Assembly: GCA_964230645.1 (NCBI GenBank) | Contig: CAXRHT010000003.1 | Location: 739,949 to 803,948 of the forward strand | Source: Bdellovibrionales bacterium | Lineage (GTDB): Bacteria > Bdellovibrionota > Bdellovibrionia > Bdellovibrionales > JAGQZY01 | DNA: 64,000 bases | Reading direction: 5' to 3' | Shown: in pieces, positions 50,468 to 59,785 of the stretch | How the letters are laid out: each line of letters begins with the position of its first letter | How positions within the stretch are numbered: the first letter of the stretch is position 1 | Notes under the pieces: model-generated | Told to the model about the DNA's origin: nothing | The model's database searches: none | The model's input: only the letters and a program-made list of their open reading frames with translations | Program-made: the position numbers and the translations under genes

Positions 50468-51436
50468 TTATTGAAGGTAATATTCTGGAGGAACATAGAA
50501 ACTATCAGTTGTGTCGTATTGGGTAATAGATTGGAATATCTCCGTCGGAGTTTCAAAGCGAACTGCCGCTACCTCTGCGAGTAATTCGCTTAGTCTTTGA
50601 GCTGCTGATTTGGGATAGATATCTTGGACGGTGATAGTTCCCTCGTACAAAACTCGAAGTTCTTGCAGTATTTGTCTATCTATATGCCGATTGTAATAAG
50701 GGAAAGAATATCCAATTACCACTAGATTTTTGACGTTCCGTAGTTTTTTAAGAAAAGCCTCGCCCAGAAGTTCATTCACGCTTTGATGCCTGTCCCATGA
50801 AAATGATAGTAGTGAATCACTCTTCTCCAAATATTTCGAATATTGGAACATTAGATCTCTAATTTCTTTTGGGGTTGAGTAATTTAATTTTGTCATATTC
50901 TCGATACTCATGACTGAGCCATTTTCTTCATTGAGAAACTTGAAAAAATTAGTCGATCCGTTAATTTTTTTGTAAATTGAATTAAGCATTTTGGTTTCTT
51001 CTAGACTCAACAATTCAGAGAAGTTCAGTTCCAAAACACTATCGTAATTCCAAGATAGAAATAAATGCTCGTCGGAAAATTCATTTTCAAGATTAAAAAG
51101 TAAATCTGTCATCAGAGCAAGGTATCTATATTCTTTCGAGACTTCGTTTTTGCGGTTGTCAAAACCGACAACTGAGTAAAAAGTTATTACGTGGTCAATA
51201 AGTCTCTTAAGGCGAATGTACTCGGTTTCCTTGTTAGCTATTTTATACTTGCGAGCCAATGTATCGATTGACCTGAAGTTGACAAGCTGTGCTTTAACTT
51301 CATTAAGGAAAGATGCTTCAAATTCATCTGCTTCAGGGGTGAACTCTCTTGGTAATTTAATAGAGTCGGTAAAGTTTTTAACCAAAGGAACTGAATTGGC
51401 ACTAGCCCCAGCACCAAATAGATACAAAGTTGACAT
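50468..51436 (-). CDS. SIR2-like domain protein (putative defence NADase)
   Basis: LFGAGAS, FLSWNYD, KINGS, VVIGYSF; GGAGGT RBS. Confidence 0.75.
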   Translation of the reverse strand: MSTLYLFGAGASANSVPLVKNFTDSIKLPREFTPEADEFEASFLNEVKAQLVNFRSIDTLARKYKIANKETEYIRLKRLIDHVITFYSVVGFDNRKNEVSKEYRYLALMTDLLFNLENEFSDEHLFLSWNYDSVLELNFSELLSLEETKMLNSIYKKINGSTNFFKFLNEENGSVMSIENMTKLNYSTPKEIRDLMFQYSKYLEKSDSLLSFSWDRHQSVNELLGEAFLKKLRNVKNLVVIGYSFPYYNRHIDRQILQELRVLYEGTITVQDIYPKSAAQRLSELLAEVAAVRFETPTEIFQSITQYDTTDSFYVPPEYYLQ

Positions 51437-51619
51437 TAGTTACCTCCAGCTATTTTCAAAAAAATCGCACAGGTGACCCTGATTACGGGAATTAAGATAA
51501 AGAACCATAGGACAATTCGGGTAAGGGGTGTTGAGTGACTATCTGTATTACAGGCAGAAAGAGGTTTAGAGTTAGTTTTGTATTCAGTGGGCTTGGTATG
51601 CAATTTACAACACTCACGT

Positions 51620-51841
51620 CTAATTTGTTATTTTTTTACTTTTTATCTTTTTTAGAACTTCCAGCAAAAGGAGAGTTGGGTTTCCACCTTCAGCCCGCAT
51701 TTGTGCGCTGTGCTCTAGTAGCTCGTCAATTTGTGAAATCAACTCTTTCTGGACTAAGACTGATTTTTGAAGGTAATTTCTATAATCCCTAACAAGACTT
51801 TCTGCCGAGTTAGGAAGGTTGATTAAGTTTGTTTTCTCCAT
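51620..51841 (-). CDS. Small hypothetical protein
   Basis: 73-aa ATG ORF with helical character; no RBS seen. Confidence 0.4.
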   Translation of the reverse strand: MEKTNLINLPNSAESLVRDYRNYLQKSVLVQKELISQIDELLEHSAQMRAEGGNPTLLLLEVLKKIKSKKITN

Positions 51842-52086
51842 AGTTTAAAATTAAGGGGTTCGTTTCCAAGTGTCTATATAAACACTCTTTATTGAATAAA
51901 TTTCAATTATTAAGTATTCCTGCTTCTCTATTAGCTTTTTTAAAGAGACGGGCAAGGGCTTAAAGTCTGAAGAGTTTTTTTTAACACTCCGAAAGAGTAT
52001 GTTGGCTAGAAACGGCATCGAGATTTAGCCAATCTCATTCAAATAGCGCAAATTTGCTTTAGTTTTTCTATCCATATTGAAAAAAG

Positions 52087-52320
52087 TTATTTCTCCTCAC
52101 CCACATACACTTCTCGACCGTCTCCCTTGATTATGAGTGCATTGGGACTGTCGGAATTAATGAGGATGCTTGTTCCTTGGGTAAGAATTCTAGACGGAAG
52201 GCTTTCCATCAGATTTTGATAGCCGCCACTCGGTATTGAGAGAGAGTCAACTTCAGTCATGCCATTAATTTTGACTGACAAGGACGCTATTATTTCAGTC
52301 CCAGGAGGGGGCCAATTCAC
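52087..52320 (-). CDS. Small hypothetical protein overlapping the radical SAM 3' end
   Basis: 77-aa GTG ORF, co-oriented, 26-nt overlap. Confidence 0.4.
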   Translation of the reverse strand: MNWPPPGTEIIASLSVKINGMTEVDSLSIPSGGYQNLMESLPSRILTQGTSILINSDSPNALIIKGDGREVYVGEEK

Positions 52321-53527
52321 TTTGAAAACGTTTAAGAGAAGTCTTATGACTCTGGTGGAGAATCATTTCCAATTCAGGCAAGGCGGCACGCCAACAGACA
52401 TTCCACTTTCGATCGTAGGCTTCCAATTCGGCAACAAAATCATGGCCATGAAATTCTTCAAACTCTGGAATTTTTTCCGTCAAATAAGGCCATATATCAT
52501 TGCGCTGGCGTTGAGCTAGATAGTTTTTAACCAAATTAGCATGGGGGTGACCTAAGTGTTTTTCTGCAATCATCCTTCTCGTTGTTTTGCTAAGGCTTCT
52601 TACATTGAGTGCTAGGGGGTAATCGAGAGTTCGATTGGACCAAGTTAAACCATGATCAATACAAAAGGAAATAATATTGGGTATATCGAGATAATTCGCG
52701 GCCTGGATTGTTGTGTGTACATTGAGAATAAGATTCACGTCACCGGAGTCTCTTAAAAGGCACCAACTTTTTACACCTTTTTCCACTTTAGACCAACTGA
52801 CTCCGTGGCGGATGTATTCTCCAACTTGACCGATACCGTCTAAACTGATGTCAACCAAAACAGTGCCAAACTTACTTAAAATATTTTTCACTTTGGAACT
52901 GGGTTCAACACTTCCATTGGTTGCAAAAGAAAATTCCACATTTTTGAGATCAACTTCTTTGGAGACGCGATCACAAACTCGGAGAAAGTTTCGATTAAGC
53001 AAAGTTTCCCCTCCTAATAGCCTTAGCCTTTTAAGAGAAGCAAATGAGGAGTTGTTAAAGATGCTTGAGATATCAACCTCAAGCTCAGTCTCCTTGTCCA
53101 ACTCAGTTGCCCATAGGCTGCTTGATTCGTGATCACACATACGGCATTTCATATTGCAAAGAGAGCCGAGGAAAATTTCGAGACTTTCCAACTGGCCAGG
53201 CTCGCCTCGATGCTCACCCTTCATCTTACGCAAACTCCGCAGTCCCTGGCTCTCCTCCTCAACACAAACCGCGCAGCCATCAGGAAACTGACCCGAAGCA
53301 AGTATTTGTCTAATATTCAAGAATGCTTCACTGTCAAAAGCCTCTTGAATCGACGTGCCCTGTTGAGGGAAGACATTTTCTTCACTTTTGTTGAAACGGC
53401 AGCAGGGACGGAAAGTTCTGTCGTTGGAAAAGACCATGCCATGACTGGCCCAGTAGCAATGTTTTCCCTTCATCTCCAGCTCCAAGATCTTGGTCGCATT
53501 TTCCGGTAATTTCTCTGCATTCCTCAA
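52295..53527 (-). CDS. Twitch/SPASM-domain radical SAM protein (auxiliary domain N-terminal)
   Basis: CNMKCRMC, LGGE, TNGS, SLDG; N-terminal C...RPCC...CAVC. Start may be ATG 53473. Confidence 0.85.
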   Translation of the reverse strand: MRNAEKLPENATKILELEMKGKHCYWASHGMVFSNDRTFRPCCRFNKSEENVFPQQGTSIQEAFDSEAFLNIRQILASGQFPDGCAVCVEEESQGLRSLRKMKGEHRGEPGQLESLEIFLGSLCNMKCRMCDHESSSLWATELDKETELEVDISSIFNNSSFASLKRLRLLGGETLLNRNFLRVCDRVSKEVDLKNVEFSFATNGSVEPSSKVKNILSKFGTVLVDISLDGIGQVGEYIRHGVSWSKVEKGVKSWCLLRDSGDVNLILNVHTTIQAANYLDIPNIISFCIDHGLTWSNRTLDYPLALNVRSLSKTTRRMIAEKHLGHPHANLVKNYLAQRQRNDIWPYLTEKIPEFEEFHGHDFVAELEAYDRKWNVCWRAALPELEMILHQSHKTSLKRFQSELAPSWD

Positions 53528-53706
53528 TGGTGAAGGAAGACCTTGAAGGGGTCAAACTCGGCCCCGGTGCGGCTATACCACGCGGATCGTCATCGTTCAA
53601 AATTCTTCCATAACAGTCTTATTTCGAGCGATTCGACTCATTAGTAGTCAAGATCCATCTTTTCATTTAAAAAGAGCCTCGTAAGCAGTGAACTTTGGGG
53701 GTGGGG

Positions 53707-54672
53707 ATGTTCCGTACAACAATCATACTATTTTTAGCACACTTGATATTTCCTGACGGAGCATTCGCTTGGGGTGCTCGCGGCCATGCCTTGCTTTGTG
53801 AAACAGCGGCCTACGTTGCTAGTTCTGGAGAAAAAAGAAAAAAACATCCTCATTTCCTCAAGTCAAAAAGTTTTGATTTGGCCTATTACTGTAATGTGCC
53901 TGATATCATATGGAAGCGTCCCAAAACTTACAAAAAAGAATTTGCTAATCACTTTATGAATCTTGAATATTTTGATGAGGTCATTCCCAAAAAGCAGAGG
54001 CGTGGTCAGTCTTCGCCTTATGTTTTATCCAGAGAAGAATTTAATAGAAAGTTTAAAAAACTTAAGCCGACAAGAGGGCGCTCGTGGTGGCGAATTCGAG
54101 AATTGGCTACTGAACTTGAATCCATTACGAAAAATCTCAAACAGAAAAAAATTACTAAGGAGAAGCGCCATAAACTGCAGGCTCAATGGCTCCTTCATGT
54201 CGGAATCATCGGCCACTATATTGGTGACCTAGCAATGCCTCTTCACGTTTCTAAAAATTACGATGGTCAGTTGAGCGGGCAAAAGGGAATCCACTCCTAT
54301 TTTGAGGGCTCGATGGTGACTGAATTATATCTCGATAAAAATTTCGGTCTCCAAGAAAAAGTTTATCAGAAGGCTCTAGAACGATGGCCGGAGTTTTCAA
54401 AGAAAAATAATGATAAGGAAATCCTTCTTTTAGTACAAGAGCTTTCCCGAGATTCGGCGAGCCAAAAAGACAAGTTACTTCAATTGGATAAGAAAACGGG
54501 TAGAAAAAGTCCAGACAAGTCGATGAGTGTCTACAGAGAACTCATCAAGGAAAGGCTCGCTGTAGGGGCTTTGTACCTAGCGCTCGTTATCAAAAAACAT
54601 CAGGATTTCCCTTACGAGGGGCGTGGATTTTTCAAATTTTATGAGCACCCTGAGTTCATTGAGTCTCCTTAG
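53707..54672 (+). CDS. Secreted S1/P1 nuclease / Zn-phospholipase C family protein
   Basis: Signal peptide then W1 GARGH, NVPD, HFMN, HYIGDLAMPLH, GIHSYFE. Confidence 0.85.
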   Translation: MFRTTIILFLAHLIFPDGAFAWGARGHALLCETAAYVASSGEKRKKHPHFLKSKSFDLAYYCNVPDIIWKRPKTYKKEFANHFMNLEYFDEVIPKKQRRGQSSPYVLSREEFNRKFKKLKPTRGRSWWRIRELATELESITKNLKQKKITKEKRHKLQAQWLLHVGIIGHYIGDLAMPLHVSKNYDGQLSGQKGIHSYFEGSMVTELYLDKNFGLQEKVYQKALERWPEFSKKNNDKEILLLVQELSRDSASQKDKLLQLDKKTGRKSPDKSMSVYRELIKERLAVGALYLALVIKKHQDFPYEGRGFFKFYEHPEFIESP

Positions 54673-55924
54673 GGGCAAGCTTTAAAACGGCTCGAGTCAT
54701 GGTTTCCACCGCTACGGGTAATACCTTTTTATATTCCGGAGCAAACTTGGAATTATGATTGGACCCAAAATTAGATTTGTCTTCAGGAGCGCCACCAATA
54801 AAGAAAAATGTGGTGGGGTATTTCTTGTTTCGACTGTAGAGGGCGAAATCCTCAGCCCCCATAATTCCCTTTTCTTCGATAACGTTTTCTTTTCCAACCA
54901 CTTCTTGATAAACCGGAATCATTTCATTTGTGAGCTTGATGTTATTAAAAGTCGCTGGAAGGCTTTCGCTATAGCGTACTACCGGTTTGGGAGCTCCTTC
55001 CGCTTGAGCTAAGGCATTGGCCATTCGAACAAGTCCTGTCTTCATTTTCTCTCTCACTTTTTCCGAGTAAGTTCTAAGAGTTCCCTGAATATGAACCTTA
55101 TCGGGAATGATATTGTGTTTCGTTCCACCATGAAAGGAACCAAAAGTTAAAACCACAGGATCTCTTGGGTCGACATTGCGACTCACCAAGGTTTGTGAGT
55201 TCACAACAAGTTTACTGGCTAAAACAATGGGATCAATGGAGACGGAAGGGGCTGCTCCATGCCCGCCTAAACCTTTTATCTCTATATCAATAGAGTCGAC
55301 CGCTGCTAGGGCATAGCCTTTAGTGAATGAGATTTTCCCAGAATCATGCTTGCCTGTGACGTGAAGGCCCAGGACATAATCGGGTTTGGGAAATTTCTTA
55401 TAAAGTCCTTCTTCAATCATCCACGCCGCTCCAGAGCCAATCTCCTCGGCCGGCTGAACCACAAAAACTAAGGTTCCCTTCCATTGATCCTTGAGAGCAA
55501 TAAGAGTTTCGGCGTAACCAATCATTGCAGAAATATGAGTATCGTGACCGCAGGCATGCATAACACCTTTGTTCTTACTGGCATAAGGCTTACCACTTTC
55601 TTCTTGAATGGGAAGAGCATCCATATCGGCTCTCAGCCAAACAGTGGGACCCTCTCCGTTTTTATAGATCCCAACAACACCAGTGCGGCCAAAGTTTTCA
55701 GTGACCTTTATTCCAAGGGCCTTTAATTCTTTTGCCATGCGAGCGGCTGTTTTGACCTCTTTGCCAGATAGTTCCGGATGACTGTGAAAATATCGATAGA
55801 GGTTTTCGACCTTTTCTTTAGATTTTTTTTCATACAGGTTTTCAATGTAATTCTTAACTTCCTTGGAGGCACCAAGGCTAATTTGAGTGGTAAAAAATAA
55901 TATGATCAGAATAAAAGATTTCAT
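54656..55924 (-). CDS. M20D family amidohydrolase, secreted
   Basis: HPELSGKE, LRADMDALP, MHACGHD.H, QPAEE, EDF, NH. ATG 55924 behind GGGGGA. Confidence 0.93.
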   Translation of the reverse strand: MKSFILIILFFTTQISLGASKEVKNYIENLYEKKSKEKVENLYRYFHSHPELSGKEVKTAARMAKELKALGIKVTENFGRTGVVGIYKNGEGPTVWLRADMDALPIQEESGKPYASKNKGVMHACGHDTHISAMIGYAETLIALKDQWKGTLVFVVQPAEEIGSGAAWMIEEGLYKKFPKPDYVLGLHVTGKHDSGKISFTKGYALAAVDSIDIEIKGLGGHGAAPSVSIDPIVLASKLVVNSQTLVSRNVDPRDPVVLTFGSFHGGTKHNIIPDKVHIQGTLRTYSEKVREKMKTGLVRMANALAQAEGAPKPVVRYSESLPATFNNIKLTNEMIPVYQEVVGKENVIEEKGIMGAEDFALYSRNKKYPTTFFFIGGAPEDKSNFGSNHNSKFAPEYKKVLPVAVETMTRAVLKLAPKETQ

Positions 55925-56141
55925 AGTCTTCCCCCAAAAAGAATTACAATTGCAATTACTACTCTTTGTTTTAAAACACTGACCCGACAATGAAAAGCCA
56001 GGAAGTGTTAGACGGTGGGATAGGTTTGAAAAGACCTGCTCTTAGTCGAGTAATTTATCGATCCTGGAGGCTTTCGCTTATTTGGTTTAAAATAGAGGGA
56101 CGACATCATGGAAGATGGAAACAAAATCTAGGAGGGGTTCG

Positions 56142-56585
56142 GTGAAAAAAGTTTTTCCAGTAGGAGTATTCTTTTTAATCGCATTAATAAGTTTCAACGC
56201 TCAGTCAATTGTACGCTTTGAGCAAGATCAGCTACACTTTGTTTTGGTTGACTCTTCAACAGGAGCGGAAACAACCTGCAAACATTATCCTTTAGAAACC
56301 GGCTCACCCGCACCACCACCTCCTTGGTGGACCGTGAACTGTGGGGATCGTAGCTATACAGTGGATATCTGGATGGACAACTACCGTTCTGCCGATCAGT
56401 TCTATAATACTTTTTTACTTTTTCACGCCAAAGAGAGTGTTTCCTCGAGTGGTAAAAAGTTAGTTCAGTTTAATAACCAAACAACAACAATAAAAACCGC
56501 CAATCCACAGGCTTTAAGAGCTTTACGCTCTTCCATTGATGTTGGAAACGGATTGACTGATTTAAATGTAGAGGTTCGGCTGTAA
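56142..56585 (+). CDS. Secreted hypothetical protein
   Basis: GTG 56142 behind GGAGGGG; signal peptide. Confidence 0.7.
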   Translation: MKKVFPVGVFFLIALISFNAQSIVRFEQDQLHFVLVDSSTGAETTCKHYPLETGSPAPPPPWWTVNCGDRSYTVDIWMDNYRSADQFYNTFLLFHAKESVSSSGKKLVQFNNQTTTIKTANPQALRALRSSIDVGNGLTDLNVEVRL

Positions 56586-56587
56586 CC

Positions 56588-57139
56588 CTATTCGGTCGTG
56601 AATCGTATTTTCTTGGTAAATCGATCTGTTGGGGCTAAAAGATCATCGGAATCTGCGGGGATGAAAAAACCATCGAAGGTGACCTCAACTCTGTATTTAA
56701 AATTATCATTCTCCGTCTCTGGAAGCCCATCGATGATCCAACGTACTCGAGCCTCCCAGGTTTCTCCTGGTTGTATTGGGGGCTCGGTTATATAAACCTG
56801 CCCTTCTGGTAATTCTGGTAATGAACTCATTTTCTGTCCATCGGCGGATTCAACTTCCATGCTCCAAGAGGCCACAATAAGCTGTTCTTCTGAATTATTG
56901 ACGATATCAAATGCAAATCGAAACCAGGGGCCTTCGTATTCTTTGATATTAGGCTCTTCTTCGGTGTGGCCAGGCTGTTCAATAAACAAGTTTGTATTGG
57001 TGACAAATGGAGTGGCAGGAAGTTGAGTAATCGTCACCAGTGAAGACGCAGACTCATCTTCACCACAGCCACTCACAAGTAAGAAACCTATAAGTATAGT
57101 CAGACTAAAACGGAGCGACTTGGAAGATTTAAAAGACAT
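56588..57139 (-). CDS. Hypothetical lipoprotein (Ig-like beta-rich)
   Basis: Lipobox VSGC. Confidence 0.75.
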   Translation of the reverse strand: MSFKSSKSLRFSLTILIGFLLVSGCGEDESASSLVTITQLPATPFVTNTNLFIEQPGHTEEEPNIKEYEGPWFRFAFDIVNNSEEQLIVASWSMEVESADGQKMSSLPELPEGQVYITEPPIQPGETWEARVRWIIDGLPETENDNFKYRVEVTFDGFFIPADSDDLLAPTDRFTKKIRFTTE

Positions 57140-57236
57140 ACCTTAGTATACAAAACTTAGACTATGATATTAATAAAAAACTTTATACGCGCTTATCCTC
57201 GACGAAGGGCTTGTCGCGGTTTCAATATGAGGCACC

Positions 57237-57743
57237 TCACTTGAAGTTCAAAAACTTCAAATAGGAGTGGGTATTGATCTCCAGCTCATAGTCTTCCTTG
57301 CAGCCGGGAAATTTATCACAGTCTTTGGTGTCCATGTCTGAGATAACGGAATCGAAGTTAGTTTTGAGATTATCGACCTTTTTCAGTACTTTAAAGGATC
57401 TCTCACATTGGTTACAAAATACGGGAACAAAAAGGGACTCAATCTTCCCATTACTAGGTAAAAAACCTACAACCAAGTTAACCTGATCAATAATTGGTTT
57501 GGGGCAGTCTTTAAAGACGATCTCGATATCATCCATTTTTTCGAAAACACTGATGAATTGAATCCATTTCTTGATTCCAAATGAGAGAACCGCTCGAATC
57601 TGTCTAAAGTTCACGACAATTTTTTTGTACTGAATCAGTTCATTTGGATTGGGCAGAACTGTCCCTTCGTCCATATATCCTTTAAGTACAACTTCGATGC
57701 CTTTTGGTTTTTTCAGCAAGATGTCGTAAGAAAATCCAGTCAC
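57237..57743 (-). CDS. STAS-like protein with a C-terminal Cys cluster
   Basis: L.G.MDE, IR...SFGIKKW..F, CP..IIDQVNLV..FLP, CNQC...CDKFPGC. GTG 57743 behind GGGAG. Confidence 0.65.
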   Translation of the reverse strand: MTGFSYDILLKKPKGIEVVLKGYMDEGTVLPNPNELIQYKKIVVNFRQIRAVLSFGIKKWIQFISVFEKMDDIEIVFKDCPKPIIDQVNLVVGFLPSNGKIESLFVPVFCNQCERSFKVLKKVDNLKTNFDSVISDMDTKDCDKFPGCKEDYELEINTHSYLKFLNFK

Positions 57744-57927
57744 ACTTAACTCCCAAACTTTTCGTGTTAATAAACCTAAGGAGTACATCGGCAGATTCCT
57801 CAATACATTTAATTTCAAATTAGAATGTTAATAACTGGTAGGGCGAATAGAATCACCCACTGGCAACGAGAAGAGAATTTTGTATTAAAATAGAACACAA
57901 AGAAAAATATAAAGCGCACTATACTTT

Positions 57928-59340
57928 TTAAAGAGGCTCAACATGGGAGCCATCTTGGGTCTCCATCGCGTAAAAGGCTTTAAAGAAATCCTCTATGGAG
58001 CGCCCTTGAAATTCCTCGTTCCAAAAATTTTCAATTTCAGCAAAGAGAACTTTCATTTTGTTGTCCATTTTTTTAAGCAGATCGGATTGACCGTAGTGCT
58101 CTTTCACAACTTTCAAAAAGTCATTAAATTGAGAGGCCGTGATTTCTTCATCAACTATAAAAAGTGCCATTTTTCTCACAAAGCTTTCAAGTCTTTCATC
58201 TTTCAACAAGCTGTCTTGCAGGGGGGCAAGAAGTTTATAGCTATTTGTTTGTTGTCTGAGAGCTTCTGTGAAAATGGAACCATGCCGATCGTATCCTAAT
58301 TTTTTAAACTCTGTATTCATCGTTTCTAGAGCCGTCAAAGAGACTCCTGCTGACTCTAGGCGATCGACGATAGAGTAGGGATTAAACCAGACTGGATTGA
58401 TTTGTGAAAGACCTGTGTGAGTTTTAGAGGATTCGGCGAAGGAGCCACGCAGTGAAAGTAAACTGTGAGTGATGCAGCTGTTAAACACGGTATTATAAAT
58501 GGTGGTCTCTTGTAATTCGTGAGAAGAGTTGAGCGCTTGCAAAAAGATGGAGCGTTTTTGATCAGAACTTAATCCATTGATTCTATATTGATTAACCACA
58601 TTGGCATAAATTTGTTTTTTCGCTTTAGATTGTACAGAAAAAAATTGGAGTGCGTTGGCGTACTCACCCATTAGCCCTAGGGTTGGGCTCCAGTCCTCTT
58701 CGCCACCTTCAACACGAGCGGCTTGCAGAGAGTAAACGAGATCCGCGCGGCCATTGTGGGAGATGATCTGTGGCGTATATTCATCATCCCACTGCGGAAT
58801 GGCAACAATCGCTTGATCAAGTTGGAAGCGAATTTGGGTATGAGCACCGACTCCTTGTCCGAACCATTCCACTTGGAAAATGATATTTTCGATCGCAGCC
58901 GTTTTGGGAATAATAGCAACAAAGAAACTCGGATCACTGTCTTCATTAATATGATGGACAAAATTGGCAAGAATATAAAAGTTTTGAAGGCCTTTTTTCT
59001 TAAATTTGTGAGAGTTGTTCCATTGGTTGTTAACGACCTGCTTAATCCTTTCAGATAACTGATTTTCAAGGCCAGCTTCTTCCAAATTATCAATTAAAAC
59101 GATACTCCTGCGTAGATCGAGCATTAGATTTGAATCCGGAAACGAGCGATAAGGTGACTTCAAAAGAATTTGGTTGCGACTTTCCCCTCGAAAATCTGTA
59201 ATGGCTGGGCGTAGGTGCACCAGAGTGGAAGAGTCGATTTGCCCTTGCCCACGCATTCTTTGCATGGGGCTTCGAGGTTCGGCCCACGAATTCAAGCTGA
59301 TTAATATTCCAATCGATACAATGATGCTTATAAACTTCAA
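57928..59340 (-). CDS. Secreted protein, DUF4105/Lnb-N-like
   Basis: ANF.H, GAHTQIRF, YNTVFNSCIT. TTG 59340 behind GAGGAG. Confidence 0.55.
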   Translation of the reverse strand: MKFISIIVSIGILISLNSWAEPRSPMQRMRGQGQIDSSTLVHLRPAITDFRGESRNQILLKSPYRSFPDSNLMLDLRRSIVLIDNLEEAGLENQLSERIKQVVNNQWNNSHKFKKKGLQNFYILANFVHHINEDSDPSFFVAIIPKTAAIENIIFQVEWFGQGVGAHTQIRFQLDQAIVAIPQWDDEYTPQIISHNGRADLVYSLQAARVEGGEEDWSPTLGLMGEYANALQFFSVQSKAKKQIYANVVNQYRINGLSSDQKRSIFLQALNSSHELQETTIYNTVFNSCITHSLLSLRGSFAESSKTHTGLSQINPVWFNPYSIVDRLESAGVSLTALETMNTEFKKLGYDRHGSIFTEALRQQTNSYKLLAPLQDSLLKDERLESFVRKMALFIVDEEITASQFNDFLKVVKEHYGQSDLLKKMDNKMKVLFAEIENFWNEEFQGRSIEDFFKAFYAMETQDGSHVEPL

Positions 59341-59741
59341 CCTCTTCTCCTCGCTAAACGTGTCAATCGACAGAATTGATGTACGTCTCACAATGGTACA
59401 ATTAATGTGCCACCTAAAAGGTCTCTAGATTGGCGTAGAGCTCCTCTCAAAACAAAATAAATCCAGACTGACATTTTTTGTTAGAGAATTGTAAACATTA
59501 TCAGTGCTTTGAGGGGGATGACGCTTTTCTCTTGGAATAACTCATTTCTAAATCGATTGAGGCACTCTGAATATGATCTCTAGAATCGAGAGAACGTTTT
59601 AGCATTGGTGTGCTTTATATTCTAAGTTCCTGTTTTTACAAGATATCAAAATGGCATGTCTAAATTTTTATCAGTAAGCTTCAGTTTTCTACACAACGTC
59701 TCATCTTTAATTGTTCAAATGCAAAATAGCAGATTAAGGGT

Positions 59742-59757
59742 TGGTATGAGGCTTGCT
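59742..59757 (+). promoter_or_regulatory. sigma54 -24/-12 promoter
   Basis: TGGTAT-GAGGC-TTGCT with canonical GG-N10-GC spacing, 28 nt before ATG 59786. Confidence 0.7.
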
Positions 59758-59785
59758 CTATATAGGGGTAACCAGGAGAGAGGTT

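Noticed and set aside
51439..51448. GTTACCTCCA matching the tRNA-Ala 3' end (possible attR)
   Set aside because: Only 10 bp, and explained as the reverse complement of the SIR2 gene's GGAGGT RBS; no integrase.
59292..59319. sigma28-like TCAA-N16-ATCGATAC
   Set aside because: Inside a CDS on the antisense strand and far from any start codon; likely chance.
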